Shown: positions 12,026 to 25,824 of the stretch, piece after piece
Layout of the letters: each line of letters opens with the position of its first letter
Numbering within the stretch: position 1 is the stretch's first letter
NCBI RefSeq assembly: GCF_902652985.1
Contig: NC_047015.1
Coordinates: forward strand, 50,654,001-50,718,000
Length of the DNA: 64,000 bases
Direction of reading: 5' to 3'
DNA from: Pecten maximus
Taxonomy: Eukaryota
Made by a program: the position numbers and the translations under genes
Notes under the pieces: generated by a model
Database searches by the model: none
Told to the model about the DNA's origin: nothing
Seen by the model: the letters and a program-made list of their open reading frames with translations, nothing else

Positions 12026-14320
12026 AACAAACGCAGTTCGATGCGGTAATATGTACCACAAGAATAGTATCACTGCGGAAACAGTTCAAATTGTTCAAAT
12101 CAGTGTAAATTAAGAGGAAACTCACCAAAAAAACACAATGAAGTTGAGCTGAATTCAAAACACAGTCATTCAGTAGCAGGGGCGACAACCGTTACTTGAA
12201 TATCCCTAATGTTAAAACTCATTTGGATTTTTCCCCTTTTCATGGTGTATATTATATTTGATGTTTGATTTTGATGACAACACGACAATTTTCAATTCAA
12301 GATGAATTATCAATATTATAAAGATCTAATAATGGATAGAATGGACATCTTATCAATGAAATACCAAAGAAATATTAAAGCTTTTAATTATAATTTCGTA
12401 ATCAATATTTATTCATGTAGATACAGACATTTACTGACACGCGTACTTACTTATATACGTAATAACCTATACATGTACGTGTTAAATTTTATGACATCAT
12501 ATTTCGACTTCGACTTAAAGGTTGGGATTCGAGGTTTTGAGTTTGACAATTTTCGACCCCACTCTCTTGATATATGAATTCGCCTGTGTTATCCATTATA
12601 ATACGATGTTTTAATTGTCAAAATAATTGGGCCCACATCGGGGCAATGACTTTACAAGGAGAGATTACATATTAGCCGATATGCAAATAGTTACCAGGCT
12701 CATAACTATTATATTAAATTCATCGGTAAGGATAGGTAAAGGATGCCCGGTAATATATACAGGGCCCGTAAGTTTTGTTTCCCATTAAAATGAGACTACA
12801 TCGACAGCATAGATAACATATCTATATTTTACTATGCATTATATATATACATATAATTACATTAAACAACAAGCATGCATATGTGGTATCAACGGGGTTT
12901 TCCGGCGTCGTCTGCTCATCAAGAAACAACACAATTAAAGCACAATATTATCGCCGAACCATAATTTACTAATGATTTAAATACATTTTCCGTTAGTTTA
13001 TATATTGTAGAACAATGAAAATGTAGTACATATATACCTTCGTGTGAGTTAAGATGTAGGTAAACTGAATACTGTCCGGAACTTGCTGTAGATAACAGCG
13101 ACTAAGAAGCCTCCTCTTCCTCGTACAACCACGTGGACTTGTTTACTACCGGTGGTGTGAGCGAGTTCGGCACCGCGTGTTCGTGAATCAGATGATGTGA
13201 CGAGCCGAATTTAAATGATAATTCAACCAATCAGAACGTCGGAAATATTTCGTCATTCTTATTTTTTTCATAAATGGTCAGCTTGGCTACGTGTTATTTT
13301 AGTGTCTGATATTCAAGGTCAGGGCAAACAGATATATTTAGTCGATGTGAAACACATGTGTGTCAAAGGTCAAAAGGTTATACACATATTTTACAGTTCA
13401 ACGATTTTAATCACTTACCGAAGACGAAAATAACACTAACTTGTTACTTGTCATCGAGCTTTCCTGTTAGGTTTGGGAGCCTCTCTGAGCAATTTGGTAC
13501 ACATCATGTATTTTAACTTTAAATATCGATATTACTCTCATTTTATATCATATATATCTATAAAGAGATGGCAGTTATTTGTTGATTATCAACATTGTTT
13601 ACGCAATTCAAAAATTCTTCAGCTATCAGTATATATATGCCGAGTAAACAAAATCAATCAATAAAAATTGTTGCTCTGAACTAAGAACAATAACATATTT
13701 ACATACTGATTAATTATCTATAGAAACCTATATATAAATATGAGATAATTATATTGTATAGTACAAGCCTATATATGTGGTATCGTGTCACGAAGTGACC
13801 CGGCGTGACACTCCTCCATAGCATGGCACTATTTAAAATTATCACATACATGTACAATCCAAAGTACTTCTGAGGATTGATGTTTCCCGTTTTGGTTATG
13901 AATAACGTTTGTGACAATTACGCCTTAATAAATAAATAAAACATATTCGTACAGTGACAATGTGGAGTTTTAAAAACATTTTAATTAGACAGTAGATACA
14001 TGTATAAGAATTAGATTTTGTATGTATTATTCAGCACAGCAGCAACCCGTCCCCACACCCTTCACCAAAATCTCACCAATATACCCCGGAAAGGGACTCG
14101 GTCACTTTACTCTACCCTTCAGCATCCCCTACACAACTCATTTCTAGTCTCGTCATTTAAATTACCGAAAGAACAATTAGAATGTTAAATTATTTTAATA
14201 TTCGCTAAATGGTTTCAATATTTCATAATTTCATTAATATACACTGTTGAATATGTTGATATTCTATGTAAAATATATATGGTCGTTTATTGTCATGTTT
14301 CATTTTTATCAAACTTGTAT

Positions 14321-14517
14321 GTCGCCGGTGGCCGAGTGGTTAAGATGTCCCGACACTTTAATACTAGCCCTCCACCTCTGGGTTGCGAGTTCGAAACCTA
14401 CGTGGGGCAGTTGCCAGGTACTGACAGTAGACCGGTGGTTTTTCTCCGGGTACTCCGGCTTTCCTCCACCTCCAAAACCCTGGCTGTTAATAGGACGTTA
14501 AACAAAAACAAACCAAA
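14321..14517 (+). mobile_element. tRNA-derived V-domain SINE
   Basis: A box TGGCCGAGTGG, B box GAGTTCGAAACC, V-like core TTTTCTCCGGGTACTCCGGCTTTCCTCC, A/C-rich tail. Near-identical to the copies at 27846 and 33579. Confidence 0.88.
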
Positions 14518-16000
14518 GTACATGTATGTCCGTCCGAAACTATTTTAAATAACCGTTTCGGATTTATTTGAAGAAAGCGAACAATGAACTCAAACACACA
14601 GGTACCAGTAACCATTAATTTTACCTCATTGCTACTACATGTATATACAGAAACAGATCTCAAGGAAAATAAATCGGTGCCTGTGCAAGAATACAAATAA
14701 GAGGGATTTCCCCTAACGTAAATACACGAATAAATTTTAATAACTTAGTATGCTTATTTTTTCGGCTTTTCACCGAGTCGTTTAGGACCCCCCCCCCCCC
14801 CCCCCCCCCCCCCCATAAAAAATGATTTAAAAGCAACTTTAAAAACCGCATTATTGTTCAAAAATAAAAGAAAGTTTATATGTAATACGAAAGAAACATT
14901 CCTATGCTATATTTAAACTGCACAAATGTTCAAAACTAAAAAGAAGTTTATATGTAAAACGAAACAAACTTTCCTGTGCTATATTTAAACTCCAAGGTAA
15001 TTTACCAAAAACTACTTAAAATCCTTATATATGACACCATTAAGTATAGGATTGTGAGTACCTATTACAATAAACCCACTTTCGTTATCGGTCAATCTTA
15101 TGATACATGAATCACAACCGATTTTCAATTCCCCGGAAAGTCCAAAGGGCACTTGATATGCGGGTTTTTCTGATTTACTCCAGACACCGATACACATCTG
15201 TCTGGGGCATATTATTTTCTATCAAGTTCGAAGTCCAACAACATCATGTAGAGGGAAAACCGACCACGTGCGTCAATTAGGGACCTGTATTTTGATACGG
15301 ACAAACCTGTTTGTCAATTTTACTCATGTGTGTAACACATCAGACATAATCTTAAACTGAACTACAGATATTTATAGATAATTTGAAAAACTTTGACAAG
15401 ACTTGCCAGAAAAATACTTACAACACACATATTTCCAAATTCATGGTCCATATATATATAGTTGTTTTGTATGAGATACTATAATACATGCATGGACAGG
15501 GAATTTCTCGTACCAAGTCCCTGTGTTAAAATGTAACAAAATGTCCACCAAGATACGATGTTGCAGTGCAAGGGACGTTACTCGTGTAGGAATGTATGAC
15601 AAAACTTTTCACACCCTGCTGACTTCATTACATATTGATCTCCGTGTATCAGACGACTTATTTCTAGTATGAAAATATACTATTTTTATTTCACAAATCA
15701 TATGTTTTTAAAAGAAAACACTGCTTGACACATTTCATCTGAGCTTATACGTACAAATTAAACTGTATTAGGTCACAGAAATTTTATGTCGTGATGATTA
15801 TAATACTGTATACATGTGTGTATATTAAGATAATTTTCCCATGAAATATATGCAATAAATGTTTGATTTTCATACATTTTTTGGATGTTTAAACAAGTAA
15901 AGGTGTACAGACAAAATACATCTTTATTTGCTTTAAATACAACAAAACAATATAAACAGAAAAGATTAATTTCACTTTTCTCTATATAAAACTTACATAT

Positions 16001-16113
16001 AGTCCATAGAGACGCTCAACATCTAGTCTATAAAGACGCTTAACATCTAGTCCATAGAGATGCTTAACATCTAGTCCATAGAGACGCTTAACATCTAGAT
16101 CATAGAGACGCTT
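16001..16113. repeat. 24-bp tandem repeat, ~4.7 copies (AGTCCATAGAGACGCTTAACATCT)
   Basis: Directly visible. Confidence 0.9.
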
Positions 16114-16299
16114 GCTATTCCGGAACAACTGGTCGTATTATCCTTGTAACAAACATGGACGGCCGGAAATTACTCGTGCTTGCTTCTTGGGCTGGAATAA
16201 ACATGTATGAAGATATACACAACGACTGTTTTTCGAGTTTCTTGCTGGCACGGTGCACATTTTAAGAATGAGTTTCGTAAACTGCTTGTAGTTACTGTA

Positions 16300-19200
16300 G
16301 TTCAAATCTGAACGACAGTGAATGAACAGTACCTCATTAAATGATCATTGATTTAAAGGTTATCAGGCAACATAGCGTGGTAAGACATGAAATAGAGAAT
16401 GTGCAAGTGGATGCTGCCAAGCAGAAGGCAACTTCACAGCCATTCAGGGGTCAACGTGCCGACGTTGTAGGCATACCCCAAGTCATACCGGAGATAAATG
16501 TTCAGCTCGCAACGCAACATGCTTCAGATGTAAACGTAAGGTTTGGTTGGTTTGGTTTATTTTGTTTAACGCCCTATTAACAGCTAAGGTCATTTAAGGA
16601 CGGCCTCCCGTGCGTGCGACATGTATGCGTGTGGTGAGTGCGTATGTGTGTTTTGGGAGGCTGTGGTATGTTCGTGTTAAGTCTCCTTGTGATAGGCTGG
16701 AATTTTTGCCGATTTATAGTGCTATCTCACTGAAGCATACTGCCGAAGATACCCAGCAGCACACCATACCCGGTCACATTATACTGACAACGGGCGAACC
16801 AGTCGTTCCACTCCAACTATGCTGAGCGCTAAGCAGGAGTAGCAACTACCATTTTTAAAGACTTTGGTATGTCTCGGCTAGGGGAAAGAACCCAAAACCT
16901 TCCTCACAGCGGCGAACGCTCAACTAAAGGCCAAAAATGAGGCATTGTCAAGGGAGACATTAGGAAGAAGAAAGTTGTTAAGAAAGAAGAGAAAAGATAA
17001 GATCCCAAGTTTAGTCGCAGCAGGTACAATTCTTACGCCCTACCTGCAGGGCAGATAAACGTAAGGGACATTTTTTAAAAGTTGTAGAGCTGAAGTGGGA
17101 CATGTGATCACAGATTATGAAAATAGAGACAAAAAATGTGAAGAACTATTTCTTGGTGAAGTGGTGGGAGCTATAAGCTCGGAACCTTGGACTGCTGACA
17201 TTAAATTGGACGAGAAACCAGTCATGTTCAAGACTGATACAGGAGCAGATCAGAAATTGATCCCTGCTGAGTGGTAAAAAACTAAACTAGAAAAATCGGA
17301 CAAAGTGTTGTATGGACCCGGACAGAATCCCTTAGATGTAAAAGGGAAGTTCACAGCGATGCTTTCAGCAAGAGTTAAGGGGGAGGACGTAAGAACTAAA
17401 TAGGAAGTATATGTTGTTGGTGGTCTACTTCAGGCCTTACTTGGACGACAGGTTGTCACTAGCCTGAGGTTGGTAACCAGAGTATCAGTGGACGCAGTAA
17501 ATATGACCCCCATTCGCGCTTCATACCCGAAATTATTTACTGGTTTTGGGAAATTGGTTAGCAGCTACACTATAAACCTTAAAGAGGATACGAAACCGTT
17601 CCCACTAAATACACCACGAAGATTGCCAAATTTCCAATACCCCTTCTACCGAAATTTCGTGATGAGCTCAAACGTATGGAGCAGTTGGGCGTAATAGAGG
17701 CAATTAACGAGCCTACAGAGTGGTTGCGTAGCGTTGTCGTCGTTCCGAAACCAATGGAAAGGTCAGAATCTCTAAGTTAAATGAAAGTGTTCAACGAGAG
17801 AAACACCAACTTCCGTTAGTTGATACAACTTAGTTAGCCGGGGCCAAGATATTTAGCCAATCGGACACTAACCCACGGTTTTGGCTGATCGGTCTCCCAG
17901 AAGAGAGTGGTCATCTCACAATCTCCATAACGCCTTTCGGGAGGTAGTGTTTCAAACGTTTACCTTTCGGTATATCCTCGGTACCAGAGCATTTTCAGCG
18001 AAGAATGAGTCATATTCTAGAAGGTCTTCCAGGATTCGTGTGTCAAATCGAAGACATTCTGATATATGGAGCAGATCAGTCAGAGCATGATGACAGGCTA
18101 CATGCAGTGCTAGACGGCTATGTGCTAGTGGTATTACACTGAACACGGCGAAATGTGAGGTCTCAAGGTCACATGTCAAGTTTGTAGGACATATCATTAG
18201 CGCGAACGGTGTACTTCCGGATCCCGAAAAGATTACTGCCATTACAGAAATGGAACCCCAAAATGACGTGAGTGGGGTATGCAGCTTTCTTGGTATGGTA
18301 AACCAGATGGGAAAGTTCGCTCCCAATCTGGCGGGAAAAAACCAAAGCTCTCAGAGATTTGTTGATTAAAGACAATCAGTGGTCATGGGGTATACCACAG
18401 GAACAGGCATTTCATGAACTGAAAGTAGAACAACTGAGTTGAAGCCCGACGTTAGCTCTGTATGACCCTCACAAAGACACTATCGTTGGCGCGGATGCGT
18501 CGTCAAATCATCGGGGCAATTATCATGCAAGTACAGGAAAACGGTCAACGACGTCCAGTCACGTACACGTCTTGTGCTATGACGCCAACAGAACAAAGGT
18601 ACGCACAAATTGAGAAAAGGCTTTAGCCCTCGTGTGGGCATGTGAACGCTTTCCAGACTTCATCCTAGGTAAAAGAATCTACTGGGAGACCGATCACAAA
18701 CCGTTGATTCCGTTGCTTAGCAACAAGTGCTCAATGAACTCCCTCCGCGTATCCAGAGATTCAGGATGCGGCTCATGCGTTTCGACTACACCATAATTGA
18801 CATTCCAGGAAAGGAACTATATATACCAGACGCTCTATCCAGGGCGCCCTTAAGAAACACATAGATAACACCCTCGTTTGAAGAGGAGACTAATATTTAC
18901 GTAAACAGCGTGATCGATGCTATTCCGGCAACAGATCTTCGTCTCGACGAAATCAGACGCGAGTCAAAAATGGATCCAAAAAGTCATGACAGACTTCTTA
19001 GGTGAATGGTCAATGGATAGGACCAGTGTACCGGAGTGTGTCAAGCCGAACTGAGCAGTACGTGGAGAGGTAACAAAGGCTTACTTCTGAAGAGTGAACG
19101 ACTTGTGATACCCTCTAACACTAAGGTCAGACATCCTCGATAAAATCCATGAAGGTCATCTAGGAATAGTCAAGTGCAGAGAACGTGCAAATAAGACTGT

Positions 19201-19750
19201 GTGGTGGCCAAGGTTGAGCACGTAAGTAGAAGATCTCGTGCACAATTGCTATCGTTGTGTCAAAACAAGAAATACACAATGCGAACCGCTCATACCAACA
19301 CCTGTACCATCACAAGTTGGCAAGTCATGGAAAGTGACTTATTTCATTATAAAGGTGGAAACTACCTGCTCGTGGTCGACTATTATTCGCGATTCGTTGC
19401 AATCTCCAAGTTGTTGACGGCAACATCAGACGACATAGTTTGTGTTCATTTTATATAATGGACCTCAGTATGCATCCGAGTCATTCAAACGCTTAACTAA
19501 AGAATATGAATTCAAACACCGGACTAGCAGCCCACGTTATCCGCAGAGTAACGGCGAAGCAGAGTGCGCGGTCCAAACTGTTTAACAGTTGTTGAAAAGG
19601 AACGAAGCACTTATGGCGTATCGAGCAACGCATTCCGCGAATCGGGCTCAGCCCACCAAAATTGTGTTTCGATCGCATGGAAGATCAAGACAACATTACC
19701 TATGAAGGAGGATTCACTGCAAAGTGGCCAGAGATGCCGCGAGTTCCCGA
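16300..19750 (+). mobile_element. Decayed Ty3/Gypsy LTR retrotransposon internal region (gag-pro-RT-RNaseH-integrase; many stops and frameshifts)
   Basis: Gag knuckle CFRCKRKGH (split by a SINE); protease FKTDTGAD (~17227); RT PFGISSVPEHFQ and IEDILIYG (~17960-18070); RNase H ADASS, YAQIEK, ETDHKPL; integrase [41 protein letters not shown]. The order PR-RT-RH-INT indicates Gypsy. LTRs were not identified, so the boundaries are approximate. Confidence 0.9.
16542..17055 (-). mobile_element. Meta-domain SINE with a ~115-bp 5' extension, nested in Gypsy gag
   Basis: 11-bp TSD TAAACGTAAGG at 16531-16541 and 17056-17066. The - strand contains GACTGGTTCGCCCGTTGTCAGTATAATGTGACCGGG (Meta-like core) and the tail CCTTAAATGACCTTAGCTGTTAATAGGGCGTTAAAC, shared with the V-SINEs. 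Confidence 0.85.
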
Positions 19751-22700
19751 AAAAGAGTCGTTTGCAAAGAACAATATGGAGTAGAAATCATAATCGATTG
19801 TGCGATTGATGCCAAGCTTCAATATAAGTATTCTCTGAGAACATGCTCAAAGCGTTTCCGTGACCTACGTCAACAATAAGTTGTAAATGAAAATACGATT
19901 ATCATTTAAATATTAAACTGCAACGTACGCTTTACTTAGACGTAAAAATGACAAAGACAATAAAACATCTATAGTTACCCAAAACATTAAATTTGTGATG
20001 ACAAACATTTCGACACATGCTATCGCGATTGACTCTCCTACTCGGTATATAAGTTATTTAAATTATAAAAAAAATGTATAAAAAGTATTTCCGTTAATGT
20101 AACTGTGTGCTGGAGAAAAAAAATGTCTGAAAACTGTGATTTGACTAAAGGATTATTTGGACACAGAACTGTTAATAATATTATAAATTACAAACAAATA
20201 ACTACACCGGCTACATCCTCAATGTCCACTTTCCTGTGCAACAGGACGAAAACGAATGAGGAAACTTCAAGCGTCAAAAATGACACCAGATATTTCAACT
20301 GCATTCCCTCATACTCTCAATATGCTGAGTCAATTTACAGTTGCACAGAGTGTACTTGCCGAATGGTTATGTATTTCAATACAAATCACATCAATAGTGA
20401 GATTGGTAGCAAGGTCGTATCATGTGTTAAGATTTATGATAACTCTAACAATAAGATAATTCTGACTCACTTTTATTTTATTAACCGAAGACAGAATATA
20501 AACAAAATATAGATTTGCATGGAGCCGTAGAAACAACTAATAATAATAATAAAAAAATTAAAAAATGAAGAAATAACAGAAATCGCAACTCTTGGTCAGT
20601 TTTTGCCCCGGAATCAATGTACATATTGTAATCTGAAAAGTGTCCAAGTTGTTTACAAAATTTGATAATCATCTTAATATTTGGTGCCTAAGTGGATAAA
20701 TTTAGCTTAGTGTAAATGTAAACAGACGATTGCCGCTCTGAAATATATATATATATTCTTACCTATTATGTCGATTGGCTAAGCATGGCTAGCTACGAAG
20801 GTTTCGTATCGCAGTACAAAGACGTCATTCCTATACATGTACATAATTACATAATCAACAACAAAAACAGGTAAAATTCATAAAGGTAGCAGCATAGCTA
20901 TGAGATCACATTTCGAAAAAAAAATACAACAACCAGACAAATAGATTTTAGTGCAAATAGTTAACAGGTTGATTCTATAAATAAGGTATTCTTGTATATC
21001 ACGACGTTCTGTAAGACAGTAAACAGGAAATGGCCATATTGACAATCCATATCGTATGACAGTGAACGAAAAATAGTGTTTAAAACAGATACATGTATGT
21101 TGGATAAAGTACTTGTACCCATGTGTTCATAATTCCATTTTATACTCGACAGCTTTGGGCGTTGAAGATACACGTAGACTTGACTAAAACCGAGCGCCCG
21201 GTAAGAAATTTGGAACATGCTATCTTTGAAGAAAATGCAATGCAAGGCCAAAATGATTTAATATTTCAATAACATATTCAATCTCGTGAATCATTGATAT
21301 GTGGTTGATAATATCCATGGAGGAGAAATTTCAAGTTTATTGAAGAAAGCTCGAAAAGTGATAATAAATTATGAATATTAGATACTTAAAATAAAAATAC
21401 TAAATATAAGTACAAAGGTACCCATTCGTTTACTGAAAAATGTTTACAGGTTGGTGTTCCTCGGAAACTAATATCCGTTAACTTGTTCCGAAAAGATCCA
21501 TCGCGAAATATTAGCCACATGAATTGTACAACTATACGTGAAGCTCCCAGAAATGTATGTAGTAAGTGTATCTATGTGCACATGAACAGGAATGTGGGGT
21601 ATTGTTATACATTTATCTTCCTAAATAGTGATTACATGTCAGATTGGTAAACATTCTACGCTCTCATGAATTTCAATATATTTCTTTCCTGTAGCAGGAA
21701 TATCTCATCTCCTATATTCTTATTGTCTATCTGGTAAATAACCGGACTTAGAAACTGAAAACAATATGTTGACATGAACTGAAATCTATTTTTAACTAGA
21801 AAATGACCATGACCCTTTGGGTAACATTGGATTATACAATACACGGGCGTATGTGTTTAAAATCCTGCTTGTCAGTTTAGCAAATCAAAAATTAACACTA
21901 AAAACGTTTGTATTCAGAGAAATTGGGAGGAAACAGAAGAAAAAAAACACTCACAAAAAAACAAAACAAAACGAAAATTCACAAACAAATGAAAATATCA
22001 AATAAGTCTACAAGAGACAATTTAAAGTATGTATGTAACTACCTTGTGAAGATTACCTGGATTTTCTTATCGATACAGATTTATTTACAGGACTCCGGTC
22101 AGTGAACCTGTTTACTACATTTGTATGTATTAATTACGCTATTCGGTATTTCAGTGTGTTTTCAGTTTGAAATATGACGTATGCACATTTAATTTAAAAA
22201 ATAAAATAGTAGCATAAATACCCAGTCTTCTTGTCGGTATCGAAGTGCTGAAAAGGTAAGTCAACCTAAGTCACAATGTCACATATTGATAGGGTATATG
22301 AGAGATCAGTTTTCGACATCATAATTTTTTTTATATGTTTATGATGCAATGAAAAAAAAATCATTTGAATTTCTCCACCTGCTGCTTCAAAAGAAAAAAA
22401 AGGTTTTGTATTACAATTTAAAAATGTTTTTTGTTTCAAAGGACAAGTATTATTATGGTATATAGAAGATCACTTTTGTACAACATAATTATTTGTTTAC
22501 GATGCCATGAAAAACATTTGAATTTCTTCCTCTGCTGCTTAAAAAGTTTTGTACGACAATATAAAAACAACTTTTGTTTCCAGGATATTATTACGATATA
22601 TAGAAGGTCACAGGGTGATATATGTTTTTAATGATTGATGTAAAAAATATATATATATATATATTCTGATTTCTTTAGCTTTGTTGTCTTTGGAAGACAA

Positions 22701-23189
22701 CAACGACATGGTATGTGTTAAGATAATGTAATGAAAGACTCACACACCTTTATATAGTAAAAGGTTCATTTACATTATAATTAAATGAAAAACACAAACA
22801 TACAACTGTTTTGTCATCCTAGGACTTGTCAATGATTTTAGGGCTGAAAGTTTTGAAATTCATAAAGGAATCCAGGGAAACTAAAATCGATATGGTCAGG
22901 TGTCAAAGCTTCTTATAACTTTCGTGACAATATATTTATGACGTCAACAGTTTTACACCAACTTGTAAAAAGCGAAATATGACATGATAGCGAGTAGGTT
23001 GGCAGATGGGGTGGTTTTCAATATCATTATCATCCAATGATGTTATAGATACACAGGAATGTTCATTGGGGATACACAAAACAAGTTGAAAATAGAATGG
23101 TTCATGAACTTGACAGTATTAACGTGCACTCACATGGAAAACAGGCAGGATAGGTGGACGCCTTGCTCGAAATTAAATGTGTTCTTTCC

Positions 23190-25824
23190 AGAAATTCAAA
23201 TTATTTCTGTAACTTAGAAAAAAGAAACTATGTAAATAAAACAATTTGTGAATTAGTAACAGATTCCGGTAATGTGCTTGAGGATATGGATGAAATTTTA
23301 AAGGAAGAAGCAAATTTTTTTAACAAATTGTATAAGTCTAGTGATAGGGAGCTGCAGGACACCGAGAGCTCAGAGTTTTTTTAATCATATGGTAAAGCTA
23401 AGTGCAGAACAAAAAGCGAGTTGTGAGGGTTTCTTGAAAGTAGGTGAACTATTCTTAGCTTTAAAAAATATGAAAAATGGGAAAAGTCCAGGGTCTGATG
23501 GTTTTGGGGCAGAATTCTATAAATTCTTTTGGAAAGATTTAGGAACTCTTCTTTGTAGATCAGTTAATTATGCATATGAATATGGTAAACTTTCAGATTT
23601 TCAATGTCAAGGTATTATTACATGTTTGCCAAAAGAGGGAAGGGATAGAAGATATATAAAAAATTGGAGACCAATATCCCTATTAAATGTAGATTACAAA
23701 ATAGCAGCAGCAGCCATTGCTAATAGAATAAAGCCATTATTACCTCACATAATTAGTAATACACAAACAGGGTTTATCAAGGGTAGGTTTATAGGGGAAA
23801 ACACACGACAACTTTATGATATTATGCAACTTTTAGAAGAACAAAAAATACCAGGATTATTATACATGATTGATTTTGAGAAAGCTTTTGACTCCATAGA
23901 GTGGGATTTCATAGATAAATCGTTGGAAAGTTTTAATTTTGGAGAATCAATAAGAAGATGGTTTCAAACTTTATATAAAAATTCAAAAAGTTGTATTATT
24001 AATAATGGACATATGTCAGATTTTTTCAGTCTTCACCGTGGTTGTCGTCAAGGCGACCCATTATCTCCCTACATTTTTATCATAGGTGTGGAAATTCTAT
24101 CATTAGCTCTAAAAGCCAATCCAGATGTAAAACCACTTAAAATCTTAGGAAAAACCTTCCTTTTAGGTCAATATGCAGATGATGCCTATATGCTGTTAGA
24201 TGGATCTAGTCAATCTTTATATGCCACAGTTGAAACATTAAAACTTTTCTCTACCACATCAGGTCTGAAAATAAATACTACGAAGTCTAATGTATACTGG
24301 CTAGGCAGCAAAAAGTTTTCAGGAGAAAGAATTTGTGAGGATTTAAACTTATCATGGTCTACACAGAACTTTAAATTACTAGGAATCATCTTCTATTTGA
24401 ACTTGGAAGATATGGAAAGACTCAATTATAATAATAGATTAAAAGACACAGAACGAAAACTTAGATTTTGGGCTAAAAGAGATCTCTCATTAATTGGTAG
24501 AGTAACAGTGATTAAATCTATCATTATTCCTACATATATTCATTTATTCAGTTCTATTCCAAACCCTTCACCAAATATTATTAAAAAGCTCAACAGCATA
24601 CTATATCAATTCATTTGGAATTACAAAGTTGAAAAAATTAAAAGAGACACATTGATTGGTCTTTTAGAGGATGGAGGGCTTAAAATGATTCATATAACTT
24701 CTTTTATCAAATATTTGAAATTAAAATGGTTGAAAAGACTACTTGACATTGGAGAGGCACCCTGGAAATCACTAGTATCTTACATTTTGCCTATAGATCC
24801 AAATATCACAGTTCAATTGAATTCAGATATACTAAAAAAAGTAGGAAAACAGATTAAAAATAAGTTTTGGAAAGATGTTATTTTTGCACTAGTAGATGTT
24901 CAAAATAAACCACAAACCTTAGAGGAATATCTAAATGAAGATTTGATCAACTTTCTTCCTTTCAATGAAATTAATCAAGGTATTAGATGGAAACAATTTG
25001 GGCTTAATAAAGTTATAGATCTTTTTCAAAATGGGAAAGTAAAAAAATGGCCAGAGGTACATCATATCCAGGGATTAGGATTTTTACAGTTTTATGCACT
25101 AGTTAATAAAATCAATGGAGAATGGAAAGCGGAATATAGAATAAGAATTGCACAGGGGGAAAATATAGAGGTTTGTGAAACTAATAGTATAATTCATCAA
25201 ATAAAATTCACTGATAACTTGAAATTCCTATATGAAAAACTTGTGAAGTCAGTTTTTAAAAAACCTATTAAAAGTCAAGAAAAGTGGAAAATGAAATTAG
25301 ATTTAAGGGATAATTTTGACTTTGACACATATTCATCTGTATTTAATTACACACGAGAAACTAAACTACAAGCTTTTCAATTTAAGATTCATCATAGAAT
25401 ATTAGCAACAAAATCCTTTCTTTTTAAAATCAACATTGAAAATGATAATTTGTGCTATTTTTGTAGTAGAGAAGAAGAATCACTGGAACACATCCTATAT
25501 AGCTGTTACTTCTCAAATGAATTATTGCAAGAATTTATTGTATGGTATTGTGAGAATGATGATGTTGAAAATAACTTTACCTTAAGTATAACTGATGTTA
25601 TATTTGGAAATATAAGATTTAAGCAAAGGTTGAATCACTTTTTGTTATTACTAAGATACCATATTTATGCAAGTAAGTGGAAAAACACCCATCCATCATT
25701 TCAGATATGCAAATTTTATTTTATTCAAGTCATCAAATTAGAGAAATATATTGCAGCAAAACAAAACAGAAATCAGGCATTTCAGGAAAAGTGGGGATCA
25801 TTTGTTGAAATATTAAATAATTAA
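23190..25824 (+). pseudogene. Truncated L1/Tx1 ORF2 (RT + zf-RVT), endonuclease missing, +1 frameshift in the T7 run at 23376-23382
   Basis: NSNYFCNLEKRN, KSPGSDG, WRPISLLNVDYK, DFEKAFD, GCRQGDPLSP, YADD, CYFC..EEESLEH...C. Confidence 0.9.

Larger units (their letters stand above)
6626..12198 (-). mobile_element. Full-length non-LTR retrotransposon (CR1/L2 group, Daphne/Crack-like)
   Basis: ORF1 plus APE-RT ORF2 on the - strand. The 3' end reads AATAAA followed by a (TGAT)n tail (6626-6652). Candidate 6-bp TSD AATATC at 6620-6625 and 12199-12204. The clade is inferred from the microsatellite tail and the ORF organisation. Confidence 0.9.

Noticed and set aside
14788-14814. Poly-C tracts (also ~41592-41629) giving poly-Gly ORFs
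   Set aside because: Simple homopolymers in non-coding DNA.
19800-23150. Short ORFs in AT-rich intergenic DNA (also 12300-14200 and 36900-39000)
   Set aside because: No recognisable motifs or phase-consistent exon chains; low-complexity composition.
23376-23382. Programmed frameshift in the Tx1 ORF2
   Set aside because: A single extra T in a homopolymer of a 5'-truncated dead copy; slippage or sequencing error explains it.
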